Shown piece after piece: positions 24,858-37,172 of a stretch of DNA of 64,000 bases. Position 1 is the first letter of the stretch. Every line of letters begins with the position of its first letter. Both the position numbers and the translations under genes were made by a program. Source of the DNA: Lepidodermella squamata (taxonomy: Eukaryota > Animalia > Gastrotricha). The notes under the pieces were generated by a model. It worked only from the letters and a program-made list of their open reading frames with translations, searched no databases and was not told the DNA's origin. The stretch is taken from positions 1,364,001-1,428,000 of the forward strand of contig JBLDXI010000030.1 of NCBI GenBank assembly GCA_047495785.1, written 5' to 3'.

Positions 24858-27800
24858 ATGTCGTTCAAAAAATTGTTCACCGTTGTTGCAATGGCGCAGC
24901 TAGCCTGCAAAGGTGATCTTAAGAATTATAGAAAATACCTGAGTACTTCATACATTTATTTCCAGCTCTCTCGGCTTGCCCTGCGTTTCGAACAGCTCTC
25001 GCCAGATACAAGTACATGAATGGTTCAAGCGTAGCAAAATCTTACGATTGGCAGGATATTCCGGAGAGTGATATCCCTAAATACACCAACTTCAACGATA
25101 CAATTCAGGTTTTGCTCAACAACAAAAATGTCAGCCAGCATCGATGCCTTCAAAATAATTTGTGGGACGTGCAACCATCGAACTGTGTTGCAGGCGGTAG
25201 GTGACCTGAACATTTATAAGTATTATAAAGGATAATATATGCCGTACCGTAAAAGGCGAGATCTCCCAATTGCCAATTGAGGTATCTCAATGAACAATCC
25301 GAATCGTCCCCAACGTCATTTTCAGTTATTTTAAGAAGTTTTAAGAATATGGAAACCAAACAACTTTGCAGAATCGCCCTTCGCCTATCCAACAGATACC
25401 ATTTTCCCTAATAACTTGTAAGGTATTTGTGTGTTTTATGAGTTTTTAAAAAGTTGGCGGATTTTCGCTGTAATTGGGCTCTGTTATTGGGCCTCCTCGG
25501 CTCATCTAAACTCTTTAGTAGTCTGTTAGCAGACCAATCGATAGGACTATTCGGGCTCTCTGATATGTGCTAGGTTTTCATTCAATAACCTGAAGACTGA
25601 TGAAAACAAAAGACGAAAAGAAATTTTCAGATTGCTCATTGAGATATCTCAATCGGCAATTGGGAGGATTGCCTTTAACGGTACGACATATATGTCATAT
25701 TAAAGATTGGTGTGTCAGTTACGGGAAGTGTAACAGCACTGGTTTCTGCAATTGTGCTTATGGCTACAGTGGCGATTATTGCGATAGCCGTGAGTGAATT
25801 TTCTATGTATTTCGAGTGAAATTTGTCCTTTTCAAGTTTATCCGGCAAATCAATGCTCCCCGCAGTGTGGCAACGGCCAATGTATCAACGGATTCTCCTG
25901 CAAGTGCCCTGATAAGACCTTCGGCCCGTCATGTCAGTATTCAGCCGATAACCGAATCACTTCGCAATACTGGTTCATCTCACGGAGCACAACAATCAGA
26001 GGTTTGCAAAATGGCGTCATCGACATTGAATGGCTTGGATATCTGGCGCAACATCAGTGGAGAATCTTCGCCGATACAGGAAAAGCTCTGAAATTTTCAA
26101 AATTGTATGTTGTCATGGTAGATGTCGATGGGAAACGGGTGGATGGTAACGCAAGTCGCACGGAATTTCTCGACGCAGGCTACTCGGGTGTTGCACCCAG
26201 CCTAGGGCTTTTCAGCACTAGCCAGATGGGACCTGACAATACAATATCTTTCACCAGCAAAAGCTCTGCAGTACTGGTCACTTTCAACACAAATGAAATC
26301 TCATGCTATGTGCATCTTCAAATATATTTCGAACAAGTTAGCGCTGAAGGCTCTCAGTCAGCTCTCGGTTCTCAAGTGTTTCCTGAGATCCCAGGTTATT
26401 GCAACCCCCTGACAACTATCGACTGGACATTTGATGAAGCCATAATTGGTGTCAAACCAACTACACTTGTGGATAAAATGAGCAGAATATGCTCGTGGAG
26501 AATCAAAATACCAGACGATCGGTTACTTCAGTAAGTCCTTTTGCGAGCCTTGTTACATATTCCCTATATCGCATCCCCTTACAGATATGCGGTACTTAAC
26601 TACTCGGTTTCGAGTGGATCAGCAAGAATCCTAGCCTTGCATCCCATAAATTATGAAACAGGGGAAGAGTTCGTCCCGTCCTACTTTTACACAGATTCAT
26701 CATCGGAAGCGAAAACTACCGAGCAATTAACGTCAAGCCTCTCAAATGCTGACAGAAGTCGGGAATTGCAAGTTTTCTACCATCCAAGGGGCGGCTCGCA
26801 AAGTCAACTCAGCGGATTCTATGTCAAATTGAAAATGAGTTCCGTTTGAAATTTGCATAACATTTTTGATTCACTTGTTAATTTCCAGTAAAACTGAACA
26901 TCTCAACAACAAGCACAACTTCGAGCGTTGCAACCTCAACTTCGTCCATTCAGACTAGTACAACTTCAAAGACCTTGACCACGACTGTTATTGCATCGAC
27001 TATTCCAACCACAAGGCCAACAGCCAATATTGCATTTTTTAAGGCAGTTGCGAATACTACGACACGTTCGATTGCTGTTACGTCACCAATGCAAACAACG
27101 ACTCGTGCTGTTAATACAACTTTAGCTCCAACCACGACTCGAGTAATCGAAACAACAACCGCTCCAACAACTACTACGACAACTCCTGCCCCACCACCGC
27201 AGACACTCTCTGTGGAGCAGAAGGCAGAAGCTGCGATGCCTCAGCTAGCTAAAGAAACTGCTACGCCGAAAATTCGAGACTCGGACATTGCGAAGAGCTC
27301 ATGCCACGACTTCTCGGCTGACAGAAGCGCTCCGCCCAACAACGGCAGTGCAACTGACGTCTCAGCAATTTTCGTAGTCGACCAATTTTTCAAGATCGAC
27401 GAAGTTGCTGAGACAATCACTTTGTCGGGTATAATTCAGCTGCATTGGAACGTTTCGACTTGCAAAAAGGAGGATATCCCAGTTGACGTTGACGGTCCTT
27501 CTCGAGTGTTTGTGGGCAGTAAAGAAGACTACTGGCTGCCCCCACTCACATTCAGATCAAGCCCTGATAACGTCTACATGGTCAACAGCCAACTTGGAGA
27601 CGACTTTGTCTTCATAATCAAGCCGTTCGATGAAACTTATCTGAACATGCAGTTCTACTGGTCGAGAGTGGGTGTGTACACGTCAACCTGTGAAATGGAC
27701 CTTCGAAAGTTCCCGTTCGATACCCAGACTTGCGAGATCAAGTTTGGCATCCATCGCTCTGTCAATCTTACTGCATTCTCCGAGCTGAATATGATAACGC

Positions 27801-28351
27801 CTGATGCTCTGTCGCCAGTTGCCCAGTGGGAGATTCTGCCTAAGGAAACGAAATGGGAAATCAAACTGCTGTCTGCTCCGACCATTGGAAGCAAAGTCAG
27901 CGTGGCTGTTTTCTCGCTAAGCTTTAGGAGGAGGCCCAACTACTATCTGTTGAACATCATCGGACCTTGTTTGGTTCTCACTTTCTTGGAATTAGCTGCT
28001 TTCCTGATGCAAGCAAACAAGCCAGATCGAGTGATGTTCGTTGTCACGATCCTACTCGCGCTGACAGTAGCCCAGAATCAGGTTTTGGAAGATGTCCCGA
28101 AAAGTGCTGCGATGATCCTTTTGACCGAGTACATTTTCTACATGTCGGTCTACACTGGATTGGTCAGCTTCTACAGCCTCCTGCTTGGCTATATTGCGAC
28201 TGATATGGCAAAATCGGCTAACAAAGTGCTGAAGTTCGGCTGCCTACGCATTTCAGTCGTGAATCTGCTGAATGCACTCGGTTTCGTTATGGCTGTGGCT
28301 TTTTTCTTCGGAATCAATCTTTATGCGTTGTACGTTCTCAAGTACGAATAA
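24858..28351 (+). CDS. EGF/CUB/mucin-fused Cys-loop channel subunit, paralogue A2 (~926 aa; exons 24858..24912, 24966..25196, 25706..25789, 25837..26530, 26585..26838, 26889..28351)
   Basis: Exons 1-3 have the same lengths as A1 (55/231/84 nt) and intron phases match; total 2781 nt in frame. Cys-loop CEMDLRKFPFDTQTC; TM region nearly identical to A1. Confidence 0.92.
25236..25693. mobile_element. MITE inserted in intron 2 of paralogue A2
   Basis: ~65-bp imperfect TIRs (ATATATG(C/T)CGTACCGT(A/T)AAAGGC...CTCAATGA.CAATC.GAA). The equivalent intron in A1 is only 48 nt. Confidence 0.85.
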
Positions 28352-29203
28352 TGCGAAGTTGAGCTGGTATTTTCTTCAGTAATATACTATTACCTTAAGG
28401 AACTTGAAGTTGGTTATTAACATCTGTTATTCAGAAATCCGTTAAGTCAGTTTGATAGATTGTTCTGGAATGACAACTGAAGTTGACGGGTTCGATTTAT
28501 GATAGCTTTAAAACAGCTTGATTTTATTTTTATATTAGATGTTTTGCCTCCAATCTCTATTTTTCGCTTTGATACATCCGAAAAGTGAAAATAAATCATA
28601 ATCCGTGACTCTTGAAGATGATGAAACAAATGTAATGAAACAAATTCCAAAATATCTGGAAATCTGAAACGTCAATTCCGATCTAGCAACCATTGCTACA
28701 AACCAGTCTTTGAGGCTTTGAATGACGGCCCTAAGCGAAGCCCTTACGCCATTGGCTTGCAGAAAAAATAAGTTGAGAGTTGAGGCAGTGCCAGTGGATG
28801 CAGCCTAAGCCATATGTATAATTCATAAGAAATGTAATCAACATTTTTCAGAGCGTCAGCAATTTTCAAAGTATTTCGGAGATCACGTGACAAATGCAGT
28901 CTTTTGTATTCCTAACACGGTGTTTATAATGGCAAGTTTTTTGCTTGAGGAAAAAAATAAACATGAAAAAAGTATTCTCTTGAAGAAACAATTTTTTTTC
29001 TGATGAAAAAGTAAAATTACCGTGTTTCAGCAAGCCTCCAAAATATCATTGTCAGCATAGTTGAATAACGCGGATTAAATCTTCTTCTTGAGAGTTTTAC
29101 GAGAAATTCCACAGAAACTACAAGTCGAGCTACAGGAAAACCTCACTAAAGTCTATACAATTCCAGGCTCTATTCTCCTACAATTTATATCTGGGCGTTA
29201 TTG

Positions 29204-30645
29204 ATGGGGAAAGTATCCCAATGGCTAATTTTAGGTCTTGGAGTTTCAATGTTGATCTTTCTTACCTCCGCACTGCCGAACGAACACACGGTACTAAATG
29301 AAATTTAGCATTATTTTAAAGTGAAAGGATCATATTTTCTTAGATTTTCATAGAAGCTGTGGTAGATGGCAACATTACCCTGGTAAGAGAACTTCTCGCT
29401 AAGAACAGATCACTGGCAAAAACTCGATACTTGACATTGCCAGTGCCGGAAGAATTGCGTTATCACTCCCCTTTCTCTGGGCTATCTGCAAGCATCCCGG
29501 TTCTAGAAGCCACTGTTGGATACAACCAAAGCTACGAACTGGTCAAGCTGTTACTTGACAACGGGGCTGACGTGGATGCAGGTGATGGTGGAGTTGAGAG
29601 CCTTTCAAGAACAGCTTTACACTGGGCGGTCCTGAATGGCAGATCAGATCTTGTTGAGCTTCTTCTCAGCTACAACGCCACCATAGACAAGAGGGATAAA
29701 GCTGGCCATGACGCCCTGTACTACGCTGTTGAGTCTGATAATCTTGGCATCGTACAATTACTTCTCTCGAAAGGGGCCAAAATCAACACAACGTACGATG
29801 GAATGAATTTAGTCCATGTCGCAGCTCTAAAATGTAAAGCATCAGTTTTGCAGTACTTCCTATCGCAACATTTATCAGCCGATGCCGAGACGAGGAGCAA
29901 AAATCGAGCAATATGCTTTTGCCCCCAGAATTCGAATATAGCACAGGTGTTACTATCGAAAGGTGCTCAAGTGAATGGCTTGTGTGGCGATGAACCTCTC
30001 ATTACCTACGTGATGCATCAGGGTTTAGCAGTTGCCACCCTTCGAGTTTTGATCGAAAATGGCGCGAACATCAACGCTGTTTCGAGTCGTGGCGAGACTG
30101 CGTTACAAAAGGCTGCTTCTCTCACTAACGCTGGCGTCGTGCGACTTTTGATTGAATCGGGCGCAAGAAAGACGTTGGACTCACGTGGCTATTCACTGTC
30201 GCTGAGAGCTGCCTTTGGCCAGCTGCCTGCTGATAAAACTAGGTTTGTCGAGATCTTGAATTACCTCTTGGATGAAGGTGATGCGATTGATGGGAATTTG
30301 AGAAATAACGAAACATTCCTATCGATGGTGCTCAAGAATACTGACAGCTACAGCATCATGTTGCCTTTCGTCAAGCTTGCCGTTGAAAAGGGCAAGGCGA
30401 ATGTTAACAAGACTGATTCGAATGGACGCAATGCTCTGCACCTAGCAGTTTTGAATGACTCGTACGGATACGCTGATGATAAGGTGGATACTATCAAATA
30501 TTTGGTCTCCGCGGGTGTGAACCTTGAAGCCAAGGACAATCGCGGGAGAACAGCTCTGCAATACGTCCAGGAGAGCCGGTATTATGCACAATATCAGGCT
30601 GATCGTCAGGCTATTATCGACATTTTTCCGAAGTTGGTAGTTTAG
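29204..30645 (+). CDS. Predicted secreted ankyrin-repeat protein (~462 aa; exons 29204..29290, 29344..30645)
   Basis: Exon 1 encodes MGKVSQWLILGLGVSMLIFLTSALPNEHT (signal peptide-like) and splices in phase 0 to many ankyrin repeats (GADVD..RTALHWAVLNGRSDLVELLL; GETALQKAA; GRNALHLAV; GRTALQY). Confidence 0.85.
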
Positions 30646-30736
30646 CGAGACAATTGGATTTTTTATTTTTAAGATAATTGTTAGGAAAAAAATTATCCAA
30701 AGAGATTACGATGATTTGAACAACTCTTCTTCGGGA

Positions 30737-31951
30737 TTAGTTAAGCATTAATTTAAAAAGAATAAAGTCTGTGATCGTAACAGCCGATCCAATGATGAGA
30801 TATGTTGCTAGATCAAAAGCCCGCATATACGTCAACTTTGTTTGACCAACACATTTCTTGAACCAAGCAACATTAGCCAGGCCACATGTGACAATCGTGT
30901 ACAGGGTCAAGACGCCGCCGGCCAATAATTTCCACGCAACCATGACAGTGATATAGACGACCTCGGAAGATTCCGGAATCATCGACGTGATTGCAGCAAT
31001 AGTCATCGAATTCGCTAGAACAGCTGTAATGTTCAAAGCAGATCTTTTGAAAGAGAAAATGATCACTTTCCGTGGACAACAATTCATATGACATCTCTAC
31101 CTATTAGGATCAGCTGGGTCGATTATTAAGGCGACCATTTGGATGAAAAACAACGTATAGGGTGGTATGAAAAGGATAGCTAGATAGTAGATGGAATCGC
31201 GTTGTAGCGTGATTGTATACTTAATTCGGTCGTAAAACTTGTTGCCGCTTTTAGAATAATCATTTTCCGTATCGATCGAGACAAAATTCCAAATTTCTGC
31301 TTCGTTTATGAAAGTTGGAAGAACCCTAAACGGCTGCATCGTAAAGTTGACGTCGCTTGTAGGATGGCTCGATACAAATTTCAGCCCACAAGAGAATCGA
31401 TCAAACGGGAATTTTCGAAACGAAACATCCATACAGCTAGATAGGAAATTTCCTGTCGCTTCCATCGTTGCTGAGAACACTCGATTTTCACTCGTTACCT
31501 GTATCCATTCGCTTTTTGAGGAGATTATGTACGGCTCGCCGTTTGCTGTGTTCCCGTGAACAGCTCTCGGGTACCAGACTGGTCTCTCTTCTGGGAAGCC
31601 AACTGGCAATTCGAAGGCGATACTGTCGTTTTTGCAGGCAGTTATCGAATGGTTGCTTTCCAGCAATGAGCAATCAACTGGCTGCTCGCAATTGTATAGC
31701 CAGGTGAATTGCATCTTTCCATGGATTGTCATCGACCTTTCCACGTCATTGATATCGACGAGTCGGATAAACGTGAATGAAGCGTAGACTACCAGAGGTT
31801 GAAGATTTCGGCAGCTTAATCTAGCATCGACGGGGAGATTTGGCGATACTATGTCCGGGTATTTGTTGGTAAGATCGTCCCAAATCTGCGAAATAGTACA
31901 TGCACAGTTGTCTGCGAACAGTGAGAATGCAAAAACAATGCCTAGTCTCAT
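30737..31951 (-). CDS. Divergent Cys-loop channel subunit, clade B2 (~385 aa; exons 31101..31951, 30737..31043)
   Basis: Signal peptide; CMDVSFRKFPFDRFSC; same intron position as B1; four TM helices. Confidence 0.9.
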
Positions 31952-33526
31952 TGCAAAAAATTGAAAGTACTAACTGGTCAATTTTATCCAAACGACCGTG
32001 CTGATATTTAAGCTCTAGATAGAGCGGATGTAGGCGATTTTCAAATATTTGCGCACGAATAATACATCGTTTTTTACCACTATAAGCGAAGTATCCCTTC
32101 CGGAAAATCCATCCTGTTCTGAGCTTTGCCATCATTTGTCGAGTGCTCCAGCGATTACTCATCGGTATCCACGCGATTTCTCTTCTCTCAATAAATTGGA
32201 ATTCAATCACATATAAATTATCTTATTCAATTGAATTTTATAAGTATAAATGATGAATAAAGCACGAGCAGTTAACCTCGAAAGATGATTCCACGCCGCT
32301 ACCGATATTCCCACTTATCAAAGTCATAACTGCGACTTTGATAACCTCAACTTTCCAAAGATGTCTTGATATCACGAATCAAATGACCTGCGCGGACATG
32401 AGCCAAGGGTCCTGCGTGACTAGGCGAAGTAAAAACGCAACGCCTAGTATCTTCATGGTCCCATGTGCGAAATGCGTCAATTATCAATGCCGGCAGTGTC
32501 ATAGTCGCACATAGGCTTCGTATCATTTTCTCACGAACTCAAAAATGTGAAAAGTAAAACAATTGTGAATTTTGCAATTGTGGGTAAGGAAATATTTTTC
32601 CTTCATCTGCATTTCTCGTTCCTTGTTTGCTATTGAAAAGGACTAAGGCCTATTCATATAAGCTACAGTTTGATGAAGGCAGTCGGAAAACAGTAGCCGT
32701 GAAAGAACGGCATGAGCGAACAAAGATCTATCAACCATGATAGTGGAGAAGATTCGATCACAGCAAAGCCGAGGCGACCATTCCCATAGCCCGAATCATG
32801 TTAATTGCGACTATACCTACTATAGATCTAGGATCGTTGATCGCCCCTAGGTTCAGGCTCATCGTAATTATTCGAACAATTTAATTCGCACATCGAAAAC
32901 AACAACAGCTGAACAACAAACGGCACCCACTCCATCGAGGGATAACGAACATGGGCGGTAAAAAACCGAGCTATCAACTCTTCTCTCGAATTTCCTTTTT
33001 CAGCGGTCAATTTATGCTGTTTTTCAATTTAATCAACATGTCTTTGCCACAATTTTCGCCATCGTCGTGAGTTTGCCATCAATTACCGAAGATTTTTCAC
33101 AATTTTATTTGTTGTCTAAGTTATATGTCACCGCTGCCAGCGTGAAGGATTTCGGCCTGAGTTGAACTTGCGGAAATCGCTGTCCAAAGATCTGCGTAAC
33201 GTTAAAGGCGATTTCGGAAGACTAATGGATGTCGTAGCCCCGAAACAGAGAGCTGCTGCTTTGTTCTATAGGTACATAAGTTCAATCGGTCCTTAGAGGT
33301 GTACATGGCCAAATTCCAAACGGGAGACCCTTACGACGACTGTCCTTATCCTTACCATTTCAGCTGTCCTACTTGGCTATGCATTTTCGCTTGATTTTCG
33401 CAAATAGTATGCGGTAGACGCATATGCCCAACTTCAGTTGTGCCAACATGGTTCTGCCGCTGTCAGCATCATCTTTCATCCTTCCATTTAGATAATTTTT
33501 GGAATTATAATTTCCCATAGAGCGAA

Positions 33527-33927
33527 ATGAACAAGCTAGTTTTATTGACCGTTACTGTGGTAAGTTTTTGAAATGAAACATTCAACAGCTAAATTCTTGA
33601 TTTTGTAATCTATTCAAGGCATTGATTGTTGTGTGGACCGTCGAACTGGGAGAAGGAAAGAAACATACGAAAGACGATTCTGTTGTCAAGCCTGTTTCAG
33701 GAGAGGATGCTTCGAATGGGAAGGCTGGAAACGCAAAGAATGTAAAGGGAAAGGGTGGGAAGCAGGCTGGGAAAACGGCTGGAAACAGCAAATCGAAAAA
33801 CGGCGGAAAGTCGAAAAAAGAGCATAAGAGTGACAAATCAGGACACAGCCATAAAGGTGGGAAATCGAAAACGAATCATAAAGGCGGGAAAAGGGGAAAA
33901 TTCACATCAACACAAACAATGAAATGA
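33527..33927 (+). CDS. Small secreted Lys/Gly-rich basic protein (~113 aa; exons 33527..33559, 33619..33927)
   Basis: Spliced N-terminus MNKLVLLTVTVALIVVWTVELGEG, followed by a Cys-free mature region with about 24 Lys and GGK repeats. Confidence 0.8.
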
Positions 33928-34617
33928 GTCATGACTGGTCGTCCTACACATCAGGAATATGCTATGATGCGGATCGATCGAAATCACTGAACATTTCGGT
34001 TTTGTGTCGGCTTTTATGTGGTAAGGTAAGGTGACGGTTAGTTTTACTCTTTGTGAAATATTATTGAGTAAGATCTGAAGATTGAACCTTGAATAAGTTC
34101 CTCCCATAACCCGGAATAACTCGAATCTGCTTTCCATATTGCTTATACTTGTTTTCATTGTCTCTTGCGCATAGTAAAATTGGAAAAAGAATCTTCATTT
34201 CAGCAAGAAGATGTCTTCTAAGGGTGTCTTTTGTTTTCATCGTATTGCGAAATTCATGATGCCGAAGCTGCCATTGAACCTTCACAATTTGGAAATTCGC
34301 AAGGCGTGATAGGCCAAAGCTGCAATGTGTTTTGCTCCTTGCTGCTTGTTTCACCCGTTTTATGGCCAGCATGGTTTCGGTATCCCCTTCGACTACCGAC
34401 TTCGACTACGTGTGGATTTTGTGACTCGGTTGTAATATATTTTAGTTGAAGGTATCTAATATAGATTTCCAAACACGAATTCGCTGAGTGTGGCGGTGAA
34501 AAAGCTCCATGAAAACAAACATTGAATTTTGATTTACTCACGCACTCGAAAAATGGACACGTTTAAAAGTCTATAGCCGTTACGTTTAGCAAAGCTAAAT
34601 TTCGTAGGAGCGGGGCG

Positions 34618-35836
34618 TCAACTTAGCATTAATTGAAACAAGATACAGTCAATGACTAAAATCGTAACGCCAATCACTAGGCCTGCCCCCCAAGTCGATA
34701 GCTCGAATGTACTTAGTTCATGTTCAAGACAGGAATGAGTTTCAGATACGTCAGATCATTCGCCTTGCCACATGCGACTATAGTATGGAAAGTTAGCAAT
34801 CCTCCAGCTCCAAACTTCAAAGCAACCATAAGAACTATGTAGACCAACTCGGAGGTCTCGGGAATCATGGCTGAAATCATGCCAAGGGTGACAGAATTCG
34901 CAAGGACAGCCGTTATATTCAAAGCAGACCTGAAAAAATTGTTAAATTCTTGCAAAGAATTAGTGTATCAACCCACCGATTCGCGTCGGCTGGGTCCATT
35001 ATCAGAACAGCTAATTGAAGAAGGAACAAAATGTAGGTCGGTAAGAACAATGTAGGCAGGTAATAGAAGTAATCACGTTGAAGGGTGACCTTATAGGAAA
35101 ATCGAAACAGGGGTGCAGGGCCGATGAGCTCCGACTCACTCTCCGATGTAATCGAAACAAACTTCCATATGTCTGCGCCGGAGATGAAATCTTTAGAAAT
35201 TAGAGGCGGATATAATAGAAAGATGATAACATCACTGCGTTGATAGGTCGTTATGAAGCTCAAAGCGCATGAGAATTGGTCGAAAGGAAATTTTCGAAAG
35301 GAAACAGCCTTGCAGCTTGACTCGAAGTTACCACTAGCTGAAAGGAATGCTTGAAACGTTTGATTCATACTCGTGATTTCAATCATCTCTGACTTGGTCG
35401 ACATAACGTAGGGCTCGCCACTTGCAGTGTTTTCGTGATAGATTCGCGGGAACCAAACTGGCCGCTCGTCTGGGAAATTGATTGGCAAATTGAAGGCTAT
35501 GAGGTCATTGCGACACGCCTCCTGTGATTGGCTGTATTGCAGCCTCGAACAATTAACAGGCTGCTCGCAGTTGTGGAGCCAAGACAACATCATAGATCCG
35601 ACTACGACCATACTTTTTTCGACGTCCTTGACATCAACGAATCGGTAGAAACTAAACATAGTGTTAACTGTTACAGGCTTAGGCTGTGGGCAGAGAAGCT
35701 TCACGTCGACTGGCAGATTTGGCGAGAGGATGCTAGGGTAGGTTGCGGTGAGATCATCCCAGATTTGTGAGATCGTAAGTGGCGGGGTGTCACTTGCAGA
35801 TACACTCACAACGGCGAGAATCACCAGCAAATTCAT
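34618..35836 (-). pseudogene. Clade B3 Cys-loop subunit with two frameshifts before and in M4 (exons 34977..35836, 34618..34929)
   Basis: CKAVSFRKFPFDQFSC. A 4-nt insertion (AACT) gives a stop at 34713, and there is an extra G in a G6 run. Correcting both restores KYIRAIDLGAGLVIGVTILVIDCILFQLMLS, matching the paralogues. Confidence 0.8.
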
Positions 35837-36309
35837 CGTTAAATCCGCGACACCGAAAGAAAAAATGATCAAAATCTGCATTGCCAAGCATTTTTCGTGA
35901 TTCAAGCTACCGGATATTGGCGATTTTCGCAATATATCTCTATATTGACATTGGGCTATTGAATTTTTACAAATTCCTAGCCTTAGAGTTGTGCTCAAAT
36001 GAAAAAAAAATCAACGTGGTGTTTCTGGGCCAAATTTTTGGACTCCGCCCTCTCCTGGATTGTGGAACCACGCGAATTAAAGGTTCCGGAAAACCGAACA
36101 GCTGCATTTTTCGTTGATTGAGCACACCCTAATTCTTGGGACTACTATTAGTCCCAACCCCAAATTACGAAATAACAAGTACATAAATTCAGCAAAAGAA
36201 TGAATTCCTGGGTGCCATGCCTCCCCTGAATCTATTGACCTTCCTTCTCTATCCAGATCAGCCAACTTCAAATCCATGGTCCAAGTATACAGTTAGTAAG
36301 GAGAGGAGG

Positions 36310-36427
36310 CCTGGAGCGAAGACCGCGGAACTGGTAGGGATAGCAAAATCGAGTCCCCCTTTGCTCTTTGACAGAGCTCACCATGTGGAACTGGTAGGGA
36401 TGATTCCTAGCAGTACTTCGCTCTCTA
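36310..36427. mobile_element. P-element-family MITE
   Basis: Ends GAGCGAAG.../...TACTTCGCTCTCTA; 8-bp TSD AGAGGAGG at 36302..36309 and 36428..36435. Confidence 0.75.
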
Positions 36428-36709
36428 AGAGGAGGGACCTATCGTTCGACCATCTTCAAATTTTGCGAAAAACTTAAAGGGTCCTCCATGATTATTTGCA
36501 AATGTTGGGCTCAGAATGCTCGATTTACCGCTGAGACCCAATCGGACCATTGCTTCAGTGCCCATTCGTTGAACAGATTTGATGGCATTATCGCATACTG
36601 ACTAAAATAAAATTCGGAAAAAAATATGTTGGTTATTTCCATCATCCCCTATTTATTAGGTGGATTTCATCATAATTAAAGATTGTTTTATTTTACTCAG
36701 GAATTAATT

Positions 36710-36919
36710 TCACGATAACATCAAAGCGAAAAGTAATACATCAACTATGAAAACAGAAATTCCAATAACAAGCGCCACGACGCAATCCAACCAAGCCCCG
36801 GATGTAAGTCATATTCGTATCTGGGCAGCGCTGTTGAGCCCGTGGGAAAGTCGATAGGCCACACGCGACGATCGTGTACAAAGTCAACAAGCCGCCGACT
36901 CCGAACTTGGCAGATACCA
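36710..36919 (-). pseudogene. Duplicated M3-M4 fragment of a clade B subunit
   Basis: Near-identical to 37173..37378, with a 4-nt duplication. Confidence 0.8.
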
Positions 36920-37172
36920 CGGAAATTAACGGAAATTACAAAGTAGAAGAAAAATTTAGCCAAAAGTTCTGCCTTTCTTTGAATCTGTTGAGCTTCGTTA
37001 TTAGCCAACTTTTTATGCCTATTCTTTGGATATTTCTGATGGATTCGTCGCATGGAAGGTAAAATATAACCCATAATTATCGGGAAAATGTCGGAAATAT
37101 TATCATACTATTATCCTTTCATCAAAAAACGTTCGTATTTTTTATTTTTCTTCTTTTAATCGGGAATGAATT

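Noticed and set aside
32700-33400. Possible coding fragment (ORF 32828..33010)
   Set aside because: No recognisable motif, paralogue or consistent splice model.
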